Source: Selaginella moellendorffii
Taxonomy: Eukaryota; Plantae; Lycopodiophyta
Length of the DNA: 64,000 nucleotides
NCBI RefSeq assembly: GCF_000143415.4
Contig: NW_003314266.1
Span: 199,329-263,328 of the forward strand
Direction: 5' to 3'
Shown: positions 25,226 to 38,640 of the stretch, one piece after another
How positions within the stretch are numbered: the first letter of the stretch is position 1
Layout: the number at the start of each line of letters is the position of its first letter
Position numbers and translations under genes: made by a program
Notes under the pieces: generated by a model
Database searches by the model: none
The model's input: the letters and a program-made list of their open reading frames with translations, nothing else
Told to the model about the DNA's origin: nothing

Positions 25226-27470
25226 ATGGCGACGACGAAAGGTACGCAATCCTCCTGAGAGCGCTGCTAGATCTAAGCTCTCTTTTCTAGAGGCCGGATG
25301 GTTCTACTTGGACAGCGGCTCCAATCATCGAGGTCCTTTCAAGATCGATCAGCTGCGTGGTATGTTTCTTTTCCCTCTTGTTCTTCGCGTGTTTAGATGC
25401 ATCCGCATGGCTATTAAATCTTCGGGAACCTCTTTTTCATCTTCGTGCTGCTTGATTGTTGCGGATTCTTCCAGTCTTGCACTTAAGAATAGTGGTACTG
25501 GATGATGTTTTGATACAGACTCTAAGGATTTCATCAATGTTCGCATTGTGGTACATGGGTTTTGTCCCCAGACTTATACTCTGCGGGCGACTTAACTGGA
25601 AGCTCGATGGTTTGGGCCGATGGAAGAAGTGAATGGAGCCCTCTCTCGGCCATCCCTGACGTCTACGAGAAAGTTGCTGGAGGAGCCAAGCCAGGGACTG
25701 AAAATGGTAGCGTGGATACTAAAACCACTGCTACTACTACGTCGGAAACCACTGCGGAGGACGACGACGACTTTAGAAAGTGGCAAGAGGAGATTCGGAA
25801 GGCTGAAGAGGAGGCTGCGATGCTAAAGTCTGGAAAAGCACCGAGAGCATCCAACCCGTTCAAGAAGCGAAAGGAGGCTGACAAAGATCGTCCGGAAGGA
25901 TTTCCAGAGGGTGAAGAGCGCTTCACTGATGACGATGGAACAATCTACAACTGGGACAAGAGGAACAAAGTCTGGATACCCGAGGTAATTTTCCTTGCTT
26001 TCCTGTTTTGGATTTTGTTTATCATTTTGCTGGATCTCGACTTCTTCTACTCAGAACGAGGACGCGCCAGCCAGTGCGAACTATGCAGCTGCAGAGGAGA
26101 ATGCCACTCAAGGAGAACAAACCATGCCAGCCAGCAACCACGCATCAAAGCAGACCGCACCGCCTCCAGAAGAGAAAGAAAAATCCGTAGAGCACCAGGA
26201 GGCTGCAATGCCGACTGGAAAGAAGGTATGCGCTGTTTCTGTTTAAAAGGCAAAACTTTTTTCTCTCTTTTCATAGGAGGCACAACCAGAGCCCGAAAGC
26301 TGGTTTGAGCTGAAAGTTAATACCAATGTCTACGTGACCGGGATACCGGAGGATGCTACCGTAGATGAGGTAAATTTTTCAATCGCGTGATAGACGGCTA
26401 GCGAAATCGAGTTTTGCAGGTTGTCGAAGTTTTCTCCAAATGCGGGCTTATTAAAGAGGTCAGTCTTGCGGTCGATGCTGCATCAGGTTCTCACTTGCTG
26501 GTTTGGTTTCCAGGATTTGGAGACGAAGAAGCCTCGTGTTAAACTTTATGTCGACAAGGCTACGGGCATGCAGAAGGGGGATGGACTCGTTACATACTTG
26601 AAGGTAAATCTATGAACATATCTCTTGTGCCTCTTAAAATATCATCTCTGCCTTAACGAAAAGGAACCATCAGTAGAGCTAGCTATCAAAATCCTGGACG
26701 GCACTCCACTGCGACCCGGGGGAACAAAGCTCATGACTGTGTCATTGGCGCAGTTTCAACAAAAAGGTACGAAGCATTTCTCCCGTCACCATAAAACGTA
26801 CCTTTGCTGTTATTTGCAGGCGAGGTTTTCGTCAAGAAACAGACCAACAGGAACAAGAAGAAAAAGATGAAGCAATTGGAGGAGAAAGCTCTGGGCTGGG
26901 GTCAGCTTTTCGTTTGCACTGTTTTAAAAGTTGTTTGACGCTTACTTTCTTTTCATGCAGCTGGCTCGGATGCAAAGAAAGCACGGCCCATCAGCGTGGT
27001 GCTCAAGAACATGTTCTTACCGAAAGAAATCACGGTACTTTCCATAGATTTGGAGAAAAAGCTCTCACGCGCTTCCTTCCCATGCTTTCAGGATGAACCA
27101 ACTTTACTTTCCGAGCTGGAAACGGACGTAGGCATCGAGTGCTCGAAAATCGGCACGGTGGAAAAGGTCCGTATCTTCGAGAGGCATCCGGAGGGAGTAA
27201 TCGTGGTGAAGTTCAAGAACCGGGAGGAAGGTCTCAGTTGCATCAAGCTGATGGACGGTCGCTGGTAAGAAAAAGAAAACCTTTCGTTTTCTCGCTTTGA
27301 ATTCTTTCTTTTCCAACTCAAAAACTAAACTTCTCCCTCGCAGGTTTGGAGGTAGACAGATCGAAGCAGCCGAAGACGCTGGATTGGTGGATTACGCGGC
27401 GGTGGTGGATCTGGCCGAGGAGGCCGAACGGCTCGAAAAATTTGGAGCTGAGCTAGAGGCCGGACTTTAA
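25226..27470 (+). CDS. UAP2: Splicing factor U2AF-associated protein 2 / HTATSF1(CUS2)-like (GYF_2 + RRM + UHM), multi-exon
   Basis: GWFYLD...RGPF...[13 protein letters not shown] (GYF_2), [55 protein letters not shown]...[13 protein letters not shown]. Confidence 0.93.
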
Positions 27471-28159
27471 GAGCTGGGATGGATATGGATCGATCAAACA
27501 GCGATGGTATAATAGCTGCCTTCACAGTTTTTGCGGAAGAATGTCACACAAAACTGTGTTGTTTTTGTCACCAGAAGTTAATGTGGTGGATCTTCCTGGG
27601 ATCGCGACTGTCTTCAATACATAGATGATCTTGTCAAGCGTAAGATCCACTTCAATGAGCCCAAGAGTCAATAGTAGGAAGATCACAACCACTGGTATTT
27701 AATCGTTTTGTTTACCCGGTAACGTTCTTATTCCTGGGATCGACGATCGCAATCGTGCAACGTGGATTTAGTGTCGCGTCGCGCCCGTGGCCGCTGGATG
27801 CTCTGTTGTTGTTGGTTTAATTGGAACCGGCCGATGCGGACGATCCGGCGGCTGCGAAGCCCTCCCTCCAGCGCTCGATGTTCTCTCTCCACGACCGGGT
27901 GAGAGAGAGGCGGGATTAAAACTTTGGTACCGCATCAGATCTCTACAGCTCCTAGGGTTTGTGGATTTGTGGATTTGTGAAGCGCGCCAGCTGAGCGGCT
28001 ATGGCGCCGATCGATATCAGGCAAGCCGCGGGCGCGATGGTCGGTCTGGGTGCTCGCGATGGCCGCATTGAGCTGAGATCACCAGTGCGATCGAGGTGAA
28101 ATTTCTCTGGGGATGTTCTAGGGCGTGGAGAATCCAGGCGCTCGTCATTGCATGGGAGA

Positions 28160-31100
28160 ATGTCGCTTTTTCGCAGATTTTTCTACCGGAGGCCCCCCGA
28201 TGGGCTCCTGGAGATATCCGAGAGGGTTTTCGGTAAGCGCTCGTCCTTGATCCATTTCAATCTCTAGCGCATTCATCCATTCTTTCTTGTGCTTCTGTGG
28301 ATCCAGTCTTTGACTCGTGCTTCTCCACCGACGTCTTCGAGGAGGAGACTTACAAGCTCTATTTGCGCCAGATCGCTATGCAAATCCACGAGCAGTTCCC
28401 CGACTCGTCCTTCCTCGTCTTTAACTTTCGCGAGGGCGAGAGGAAGAGCCAGCTGACCGAGATGCTATCGCAGTACGAGATGACCGTGATGGACTATCCA
28501 CGCCAGTACGAGGGCTGCCCGATTCTTCCCATGGAGATGATCCACCACTTCTTGCGATCCAGCGATAGCTGGCTCTCGCTCGAGGGGCAGCAAAACATCG
28601 TCTTGATGCACTGCGAGAGGGGGGGATGGCCGCTGCTGGCGTTCATTCTCGCCAGCTTTCTCATCTACAGGAAGATGTACACGGGCGAATTCAAGACGCT
28701 CGATATGCTCCACCGCGAGGCTCCAAAGGGATTGATGCAGCTGCTCACACCTCTCAACCCGATGCCATCACAGCTAAGATATCTCCAGTACGTTGCTAGG
28801 AGGAACAACTCTCCGGAGTGGCCACCCCCGGATCGCTCGCTCAGCCTCGACTGCCTCATTCTCAGGGTGGTGCCTACTTTCGACGCCGACGGTGGATGCC
28901 GGCCCCTCGTCCGGATTTATGGAAGAGATCCCCGATCAAAGGCAGGGAACAGGACGACGAGAATGCTCTTTGCCTTGGGAAAGAAGAACAAGTCTGTCCG
29001 ACACTATCGACAGGTAAGTTTGTGAACTTGCTGTTTCTTGTTCTTGCTTTGATCTCTTGTGTAACGCTCTCTTTTGTGTTCCAGACAGATTGTGATGTGG
29101 TCAAGATCGACGTACAGTGTGCTGTGCAAGGGGACGTGGTTCTCGAGTGCATCCACTTGGACTTGGAGTCGGACCGGGAGGAGATGATGTTCCGTGTCAT
29201 GTTTAACACCGCTTTCATCCGCTCCAACATCCTGATGCTCAACCGGGACGACATTGACATACTTTGGAACGGGAAGGAGCGCTTCTCCAAGGACTTTCGA
29301 GCAGAGGTAAGCAAGCTCAACCAATCGTGGCAAAATTGATCTCTTCTTTGTTAGGTGCTTTTTGGCGAGACGGATGGATTTTCGTCCCCTGTGGCTCCTG
29401 TGCCGTCGCTGATAGAAGATAACGGTGGCTTGCCAATGGAAGCTTTTGCCAAGGTCCAGGAGCTCTTCAGTAGCGGGGACTGGCTAGACGGTGGTGGAGA
29501 TGCGGCATTGAAGTTTCTCCAGCAGCTGACCACGGTTGGCAATGATAGGAGGTTGACAATGGATCGAGCAGCACTAACAACGGCGGACAACGAGTGGACA
29601 ATTATACCGAGCACCACCGCCACCTCCTTACCCCTAACCGACGACGATCACAACGGGACGAGTCCAACGTCATCGTCCAACTCTAGCTTCGCACCAGGTA
29701 CTCCTTCGCCACCTCCTCCCCCGCCACTTCCATCACCTCCGAGGTTGGCCATTTCGCGTTCTCCACCTCCTGCTCCACCACCACCAGTTTCTGTTACTGG
29801 TCGTCCCCCTCCTCCGCCACCTCCACCACCTCCGTTCAAGCTTCCAAGTTCTACTGCTGGAGCTACTGCAAAGCCACAACCGCCACCGCCACCGCCACCT
29901 CCACCTCCTCCACCGTTTCCTCGAGGGAATTTAGGTGCCCCACCTCCGCCTCCACCACCGTTGCCTCGAGGGAATTCAGCTGCACCACCACCTCCGCCTC
30001 CTCCACCGTTGCCTCGATGGAATTCAGCTGCACCACCTCCGCCTCCTCCACCACTGCCTCGAGGAAATTCATCTGCACCGCCGCCTCCGCCTCCCCCACC
30101 TCCTCCGTTGCCTCGAGGAAATTCGGCTGCACCACCACCACCACCACCGCCTCCACCACTCCCTCGTGGCAATGCCGCTCCTCCACCGCCACGTCCAGTC
30201 CCTACTGCCCCTCCTCCACCTCCTCTTCCACAAGCTGCAAGGCCTCTAGCTTCATCAAGCTCACCACCGCCGCCGCCGCCTTTACCGGGAATGCGAGGCA
30301 CTCCTCCGCCTCCACCTCCGCCTTTGAAAGGACCGCCTCCACCTCCGCCTCCTCCTCTGGGGACGAAGTCACCATTGCCTGGTGCACCACCTCCTCCGCC
30401 ACCTGCATTGGGGAGAGGACGAGGTAGTAGTCCTTTGACACCTTCGCCTCCTGGTGGTCGAGGCCGAGGACAGAATACTCTAGAATCTGCTACGCCGAAG
30501 AAGACCTCTCTGAAGCCATACCACTGGGTAAAGGTTACACGGGCTATGCAGGGCAGTCTATGGGCGGAGCAGAAGCAGTCAAGGTATGTCTTGGCTCTTT
30601 TTTATTCACGTGCTCACATGTTTTTGTGCGTGGTAGGCAACCTGAATTTGACATGAACGAGCTAGAGAACCTTTTCTCGAACGCTGTTCCAAATGCTGCT
30701 GTGGGTGGTGAGAGAGCGGGTGGTCGTCGTGCATCTCTAGTTCCCAAGCAGGAAAAAGTGCTCCTGGTAAGCTACCTTTCGTAGTAGAGGCGGAGGTCTC
30801 ACTCTGTTTTATGCAGATTGATCTTAGACGATCGTATAATTGCGAGATAATGCTGACAAAAGTGAAGATGCCACTGCCGGAAGTTGTTGTAAGTTGCTCT
30901 CTACATTATGCAATGTGGTTTTTACTTCCAACTCTCAGAAAGCAATACTAGCGTTGGATGGGACGGTACTGGATGTTGATCAGGTTGATAATCTGATCAA
31001 GTTTTGTCCAACGAAGGAGGAGATGGAAACGCTCAAGGTTTTATTTCCAGACATGTTCTTGACATCTAGCTTACTCGCTTGTCATTTTTCAGAACTACAC

Positions 31101-32437
31101 GGGCGATAAAGAATGTCTGGGCAAATGTGAGCAGGTTTGTCCCGCTTTGTCCGCCACAGCATCGTTTATTGAGCAACATGTTTGTTTTTGCAGTATTTTC
31201 TGGAAATGATGAAAGTTCCTCGGGTGGAGTCCAAATTGAGGGTTTTTTCTTTTAAACTTCAGTTCACGTCTCAGGTTTGGTCAGCATATATTTTGTCCAC
31301 GCTTTCAAACATTGATCTTAGGTGCTAGATTTACGGGAAAATCTGGTAGTAGTCAATGAAGCTTCAGCAGAGGTAATCTCCCACTGTTTTTGTAAGTAGC
31401 CTGAAGCCGGATTTTTGCAGGTGAAAGAGTCTGCTAAGCTTAAAAGAGTAATGCAAACGGTTCTATCCTTGGGAAATGCGCTAAACCAAGGAACTGCTAG
31501 AGGTAAGGCCTGTGCTGGGGAACTTGAGCTAACTATATGTTGAGCTAACATTCCAGGGGCGGCGATTGGATTCAGGCTCGATAGTCTACTTAAGCTGACA
31601 GAGACTCGAGCTCGTAATTCTAAAACTACGTTATTACACTATTTGTGTAAAGTAAGTACCATGCAACTGCGTGTTTTTGGCTTTGCTTACACTTGATGTC
31701 GGTGGCAGATTGTATCTGAGAAAATGCCCGAAATACTTGATTTTGACAAGGAATTGCTTCACCTTGAAGCAGCCACCAAGGTTTCTATCTTTTTTCACTT
31801 CAATGTATTTGTCTTGGTTTTCTGACGTGTGTGGCAGATTCAATTGAAAGCCCTTGCAGAAGAAATGCAAGCCGTAAGCAAAGGCCTGGAAAAGGTTGAG
31901 CAGGAATTGACAGCATCTGAAAACGATGGAGCCGTGTCCGATGGGTTTCGGAAGGTGATACTGATTATGATCTCTGTCTTGCAAGCATTGTGCTAATAAT
32001 GTTTTCTTTGCACACACAGAGCTTGAAGAGTTTCCTTGATACAGCGGAGGCGGACGTGAGAACACTGGCGTCGTTGTACTCTGAAGTGGTAAGAGATGAG
32101 CAAGTTTGTTGAAGTGATAAGCAAGCTTCACTGTTGTGCAGGGCCGGAATGCTGATTCCTTGGCACGCTACTTCAACGAAGACCCCGCTCGATGTCCATT
32201 TGAGCAAGGTACTTAGCATTTGGTATATAGCGCCTGACTTGAGTTCTCTTGGTTTTTGGTGCAGCGGTGTCGATCATTTTTAATTTCATCGTGATGTTCA
32301 AGCGTGCATTGGAAGAGAATAGCAAGCAAGCGGAGATGGACAGGAAGAAAGCCGAGAAGGAGGAGAAAGACAAGATTCTCCCGCTGAGAAGGGAGCTGGA
32401 TGGGCTACTCTCGCCCCGGCGAAGCAGGGCGGCGTGA
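28160..32437 (+). CDS. Class II formin (PTEN-like, C2, FH1, FH2), multi-exon
   Basis: MSLFRRFFYRRPPDGLLEISERVFVFDSCF, LMHCERGGWP, DREEMMFRVMFNTAF, poly-Pro FH1, LKPYHWVKVTRAMQGSLW, GNALNQGTARGAAIGFRLDSLLKL. Confidence 0.97.
29900..30195 (+). repeat. Coding tandem repeat in formin FH1 (PRGNSAAPPPPPPP unit, about 6 copies)
   Basis: CCTCGAGG(G/A)AATTC-type unit recurring every about 42-57 bp. Confidence 0.9.
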
Positions 32438-33322
32438 CCATTTAAGTTTGGAGATTTGATCGATCGAGAGAGAGAGAGAGAGCGCTTTGTTGTTTGTACA
32501 TTGATTCTTCCGGATAAATTTCACAAGAAACAAAATACTTCAAGAAATTGAAAATGTGGAAAAGAATTTTTCGCAAAACCTCATGGGTCGGAATATGACT
32601 TATACTTCGAGACACACAGACGGGTCATCAGATGCATACTCTACAACCCAGGAAGTAATAGCAGCGAAATCGCCGCACTGTTTAAATAAAAGACTTTCAA
32701 TTGCGGTTGGGCATGTGGGATAATTGAGCTTTGCCCTAGGCCTAGTTGAGTTTAGCGCAGATTAGAGCAAGCATAACTCCCCTCCGGTTTCCGGTTTGAG
32801 GTGGCCTTGGCCTTGAGAATCATCCTCAGAACGTGAAAGAGATTGTTCGTGAAGCCCCCAAACTCTGGCTTGGGCCGATAGACGGGCAGCTTCTCGCGTT
32901 CATGGTGTGTGCCGTCTCGTGTCCAAACTGCGGCACCCGAGGTGGCAACGTTTTTAAAAGAAAAAGAGAGCGCGAAACAAGGTGTATCAGGGTTTGCTCC
33001 AAGCCAGAAGAGGAAGCTCGAAAGAATGGTGAGGGAAGCGCATGGTAAGGAGGCTATCTGGCCCCAAACATTTGGCAGAATAGAGAGTGGCGAAATTTTA
33101 GACCTTCTGCGATTGAACATGTGAGGTTTTTTCAAGTGAATAGCGACCTAGGTCAGCTGCTCGTCCCTCTGCCAAATGAACATCCTCGAGTCACTGATGT
33201 GAATGAGCACAAAACTCCTGCGAAGCGCAGTGATCGTGGCCTTGCCAGGAACATGATGATTGAAATAAACCATTGTTTTCGCTTGCTTGTTGTTTGTAAG
33301 ACGGGGTGTGAATTATAGTTTG

Positions 33323-33403
33323 TGTGATACTTCAATGCTTTCTTTTTACAGGAAAGAAATGGGCTTGGATTGACTGCAACCGTGAAGGATGCTTGCAAGA
33401 TCG
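33323..33403 (+). pseudogene. Isolated copy of a GT29 gene exon with its splice acceptor
   Basis: Essentially exact reverse complement of about 61756-61836 ([18 protein letters not shown]). Confidence 0.9.
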
Positions 33404-33404
33404 T

Positions 33405-34820
33405 CGTCATGTGTGTTCTTCTTTAAATCAAGCATTCGCATCGAGATTTCGTTTTAAGAGAATCATGAGAACCTGAAAAGGAAGCGATTCTTGAAACTTC
33501 TGCAGGCGCACTGCTCGAATGCACTTGCATCAAGAATCGCTTCATTCATTCTAATTGGAAACGGCCACAAACCGATTGGAGCGATTATCATGAGGACCCA
33601 AGAGAAGAGGAGAAAAGGAATCTAAGTGATCTATTCCAACATTGCAAAGAATTTACAGAGGCAGCCCAAGATCCCCATCATGCTATGCCGTCTTGGCCGT
33701 TTGGGAGGTTGGCTGCTTTGGCTCGCCCATAGCCGCTACCAGCTATGAATGGGGATGGCTGGGTAGATCATCGTGTCCTGGAACTTCATGATCCTGGTGC
33801 TCGCGAACCACAAGGAGCTGGCCAGAGCGAAGACCCTCTTCGATGCCATGCCGGAGAGAACCGCCTACTCGTGGAACATCATGATCTAAGGGTACGTCGA
33901 CAACTCGCGAGTAAAGGATGCTGAAATGGATCAACTTCCCCTCGTGGAGAGCTGCTAGAGTCGCGCAGGCATCGAGAGCGCTGGATAGAGATGCGTGGTC
34001 CAGCGGCACCGCTTCCAGGTCCATGACTTTGAACAGGTTGAGAGCATGTCACACAATTAGTCCCAAAAGCATAGCTAGAATAAGCAAGCACTACTGGCTT
34101 ACCTTGTGTGTGGGAAGCCCGGCGGGAAGGGGGAGGAGAGAGCTAAATGAGAGTTACTGGCAAAAGGGAAACAGAGTGAGAGAGCCCTGGGGCTGGCCTG
34201 GGCATATTCCGGGGAATGAGCTTTCTCGGTTTCATTGCTTCAGGCCACGGGCGGCTCTATTCTTTTAGAGTCTGTGAAAACGAGAATTGGAGCTGCGTCA
34301 CTTAATAGTGAAATGAAAGCGGGCCGCCAAGGAGTTTTGAATCGTTGATCGTTGCAAGATATTCCATGGGACCTTCGAATCGGAGTTTCGCCTCTCTTTA
34401 ACGGCGTTTAAGACCTGGGCATCGGAGTGGCAATCGCTCCCGCCAAGATCTCGTCCCTGTTAATCCAGGGGCTGATCGGAAACTCGAGAGAATTTGGGAG
34501 GTTTCTCTTGGAGAAGTGCGATCGGTCTCCATGCCAGCGCTGGATTGGCAAGATGCCCCAAACTTGCCCAGAGAGGGAATCTAGACCGATTGGCAGGAAC
34601 GGTTTCTGGAGGCATCTAAAACTATGAAAATGTATGCAATGTGTCGCAAAACTAATATATCAAGAGATGTTTTTGGAAGGATTCCAAATCAAGATCTAAA
34701 CTCTCGTGCAACAACGGTGTCTGGTGTCTGCATATGCCCATCCCCGGTATCATCTTTGAATAATTGGCGATGGTAGAAGACCCCGCTCCACGAACTTTGG
34801 GAAGGGCGCAAGCGTGGGCT
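33405..34820. pseudogene. PPR-derived fragments; left arm of an inverted duplication
   Basis: IVSWNFMI...LFDAMPERTAYSWNIMI (+), MDLEAVPLDHASLSSALDACATLAALHEGKLIH (-), MYAMCRKTNISRDVFGRIPNQDL (+). Most of the region aligns inverted to about 38990-40195. Confidence 0.7.
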
Positions 34821-35239
34821 CATAGCATCTCATTGTCCTCCATATATTTTACAAGTTTTGAGATCGAAATTTGGACAAGCTATCGAGATGAGAAACGACG
34901 TGATGGGATGCTTTCACAACGTCTTATACCTCGATTAGTGCCTCAGAAAGCGAGAAGCAACTGCGGCTGTTCATGGGCTCGTCAAGGTGACCGAGCGATC
35001 CGGAGCGTTTTCTTCCTCTTGGTCCAGGCGCCTTCAAAAGAGCCTTCGCTGATCAAGAGCAGCGGTCCTGGAGAAATGGAGACGGTGGCATCGAGCTCAG
35101 AAATCTGTGGCACCTTGTCACTCAGCTCTGTAGCAGAGCATGGGGTGACCAGGCGGCGGAGGTTCGAGGAGGCTGGCCCTTACCGATTCATGGCAAATTT
35201 TTTGGAAAAGGATATCCGTTCGGACATCATACCACTCGA

Positions 35240-35600
35240 CTGAATTTCCAGGTCTGTAGCTCCATGTATGCTTGGTTTGCAAATGCCGGGCGAAGCTAGC
35301 TACCACGCACATTTTTGGTACTGATCGTCGTTCTGCAGAGCCCACTGCAGAGTTCGTTCCATCCAGATTGATTGCCGGTCCTGGTTTGAAGCGGTTCAGA
35401 GGATCATATTGAGTCAAGAGCATCTGCCATATGTGATCATCTAAGGTTTGTTTATTTTGCAAAGTTCTTCGAAGTTTTCAAGAGTGTGCACTCACTAGTA
35501 CCTTGTCCTGGTCAACCCTGTGAGTGCCAAACCAGTTACCTTGTTTACAAAGTGAAGTACTTGGTATGGTCTTGGCGAGCAAAAAGTGACAAACATGGTT
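35240..35600 (-). pseudogene. EUL lectin pseudogene fragment (last exons)
   Basis: LLTQYDPL...AINLDGTN and an NKVTGLAL-like exon match 59200-59560, with deletions and frameshifts. Confidence 0.85.
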
Positions 35601-38454
35601 AATATCATTACCCTTACACTATATCCTTAATAAACCATTATATAGTTGAAATAAAGTTAAATATACTTTATTGTACTTTAATTTAGCCACAATATTGTAT
35701 TCAGTGATGCATTTGGCCTTCCTTGGTCACTTTAAATCGGTTAAAGAATAAAGTTATGACTAAGCTAGAACATGCTTGGAGGGTTAAAACCCATCTTGCT
35801 TCACAAACAAAAATATAATAAAGCATGACTACATTCTTAGATTGGGAGATCACGATAGGACACATAACACTTTATTGATCTTGGCAAGTATGAAATATGT
35901 TTTAGAACAATGTCTTTTGAATTATATGGCAAGTTATAGGAACTAACAATCTTATTGAAGTAGAATGTACATGTTAAGAGACACAATAATGACTGCATCT
36001 TTTATTTTATGATATTCAACTTTCATATAAACTAAATGTAATCTAGGATCCACTACCAAATGAGCTACGTCACAACCAAAATAAATAATGGAAAGCACTA
36101 TCCATACTCTCATAGATCTAATATTAATATAAAGTTGGTGATAAAATTTGAATTCCACTACTTAAAATTGGAATACAACCTCAAAGGACAAATAAATTTT
36201 ATAAAATTCAAAATTAAGCTAGGTGGAGAATGGCTATCTGCAATTTCTCAAGGGCTGTTTTAGTTATTGGAGTTGCCATATGTAGTGCTATTGCAATATA
36301 GTTTGCAAATGGGATGCTTTTTACATTTGCTAGTATACATTGCATTGATAAGTTCAAATGTAGAAGGTATTGTTCATTCAAGTTTAGCCCAATATGATAG
36401 ACTGAAAAATGCTTGATTCTGGATTATTGCTATATACTACTAAAAAAAAAAAGAAATATTTAGCATAGAAAATATCATAAAAATTTAGAACTAAATACTT
36501 ATGGCAAAGTAGCACCTTCATCACTGTATAGAAACAGTCTAAGCAAGAGTTTAATATATTTATTGCTTAATATTTTGACTATGTTATAAAAACAATAAAT
36601 GTATTAAAGAAATAGAAAGCATATATGTATTGAGATGATCTATAGAGGTTCAAATATAAAGGGAAAAATTCTATAAATACTTTTCAATCAGTTAAAGGTT
36701 TTAAGATACTTAGGGTTAAGTGTCATTTAGTTTGAGTAGTATTGGATTAGAGTTTATATGCATATTTTTACCCAAACTCATGCTTTATCAGTTGAAACAA
36801 ATTAGCTGGAACATGAAATTTTTTTAAATATTCACTATTTTGAAATGCTCAAACTTCATGGATGTTCTAAATTGTAATTAAATGTGCAACATTTGGCATA
36901 TAAAAGCTGCAAAACACAACTCTTCTAAGAGCCTCAATCTCTTGACACTTTACCCTAAACTGCTCTTAATGCACTTTTATTTATAGGCCTTTTTCTTTTA
37001 TATTTGAACCTTAACAGATTTCTTTCGAGTCATTCTCATAATTTACCATTTATCAGACGCATCTAAAATGTCAATATCATCCATTGCCTTGAATAACTAC
37101 TTATAAAATCATATCATTTTTATAAAGCTGTAGAGATGTTTAATGTGCAAGAAGAAGAAAACCAAAATTTAGAAAGATTTAAATGTATATTTTATACTTA
37201 TTTTTGTGTTGAGATGTTATGGATAAAAAGGTTAACTTAGGAGGCCCATATTCTATTTATATCCCTCTTCACATTGTTAGCCTTTAGTGCATGATATCTT
37301 CTAATCCATTTTGGTCTACTAAATTTGTGAATAGCATATGAATAGAAGACATTTACAATACATGATGAGAGCAAGGCATGAGATAGTAACATAAAAAAGT
37401 TTGAAAACCATATCAAGTACTCACAATCCATATAGCATAGTGCATAATACACTTTATTGGTATATATCTACCTCTGAATCTTAAACAAATGCTTTTATGT
37501 GAACTTTATTAAGTTCTATATAACTAAAATGTTACAAATTTGATGCTGGCTAAAATGGTATCCTACTATTTGACAGTTTGAACAAGCATTCACAATCCCC
37601 AATGTAGTAAATGATTCATAGCAATATTAGTGTGGACATAATGAAGTATCTTTGATGGTGGCATCCTATTATAAATGACTCTCTAATTTACATCAACAAA
37701 CCTCATATATTTGTACAATGTTAGCTTTGAAATCTATAGATAAAATGCTAAGTAATCCATTGTTTTGGTTTTACAAATCTTAAAATGCATTCATAAATAA
37801 AAAATAGTTAGATTGCTATTTTGACATATAGTATATATAGTCAAGTCTAAGAAACATGAGTAAATTTCTATTGTTAATTTCAAATTTCTTTGTTATACAT
37901 AACAACATTCTTTGCATAAGAATTTTGCCAAGTCTTATAGAAGTGCAAGATGAGAAAAATGGATAGTTTATCTTATATGATTTAAACTCTTTTACAACAT
38001 CTGAGAGTGATAAAAAGAAACAATATGTAAAGGTATTTAATTTTTATAAATTCCTAAGGATATGATTATAAAAATTTCAACATTTCCTAGATTCTCTCCT
38101 TATGAATCATGTTATCAAAAGAAAATAAGACTATTTAATTATTTTAATTATGAATCACCTTGCTATTGCCCTTGATTTTTCAATACCAATACCTTTAATT
38201 TTGGACTCCATCAAACAAGTAGTCCTCACCTCAAAAATGACCCTAATCAAATGATGAGCAAACATATGTCATTAGCATACCATGGTTATGCATAATAGAC
38301 ATGTATGGCTGACATCTCATCATATTAAATGCCCATTGGATGTATATAATAACAACATAGTTATGGTGGGCCAATGAATGTCACCATATGGCAGATGCAA
38401 TATCATGCAATATAGACTTTTTTCATGTAGCACCGGTTTATGAATACACTATAG

Positions 38455-38640
38455 TTGTCTGTTTGAGCAAGATATGGTTTTTGGTGCAATAGTGTTAATT
38501 TTATTATGATGTTCAAGCGTGCATTAGAAGAAAAAAACAAGCAATTAGAGATAGTAAGGAAGATAAGATTCTCCCACTGGACTTGTTGTTTGGAATTTTA
38601 CATAAAAACAAAGTATAAAAAATAAATTAATGAAGAAATA
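38455..38640 (+). pseudogene. Degraded copy of the formin last exon and 3' flank
   Basis: TTTGAGCAAG...GGTTTTTGGTGCA...TGATGTTCAAGCGTGCATTAGAAGA...AAGATTCTCCC matches 32199-32385. Confidence 0.8.

Noticed and set aside
29648-30441. Gly-rich and His-rich ORFs
   Set aside because: Antisense and alternative-frame shadows of the formin polyproline region.
32465-32482. Short (GA)n tract after the formin stop
   Set aside because: Ordinary 3' UTR microsatellite.
32845-32890. TGGGCCGATAGACGGGCA motif shared with about 49800, considered as a structural ncRNA
   Set aside because: No Pol III or snRNA promoter elements and no recognisable fold. Better explained as part of a decayed local duplication, possibly PPR-derived.
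35600-38450. Possible CACTA/MULE element in AT-rich DNA
   Set aside because: Could not identify matching TIRs, a TSD or transposase motifs by eye.
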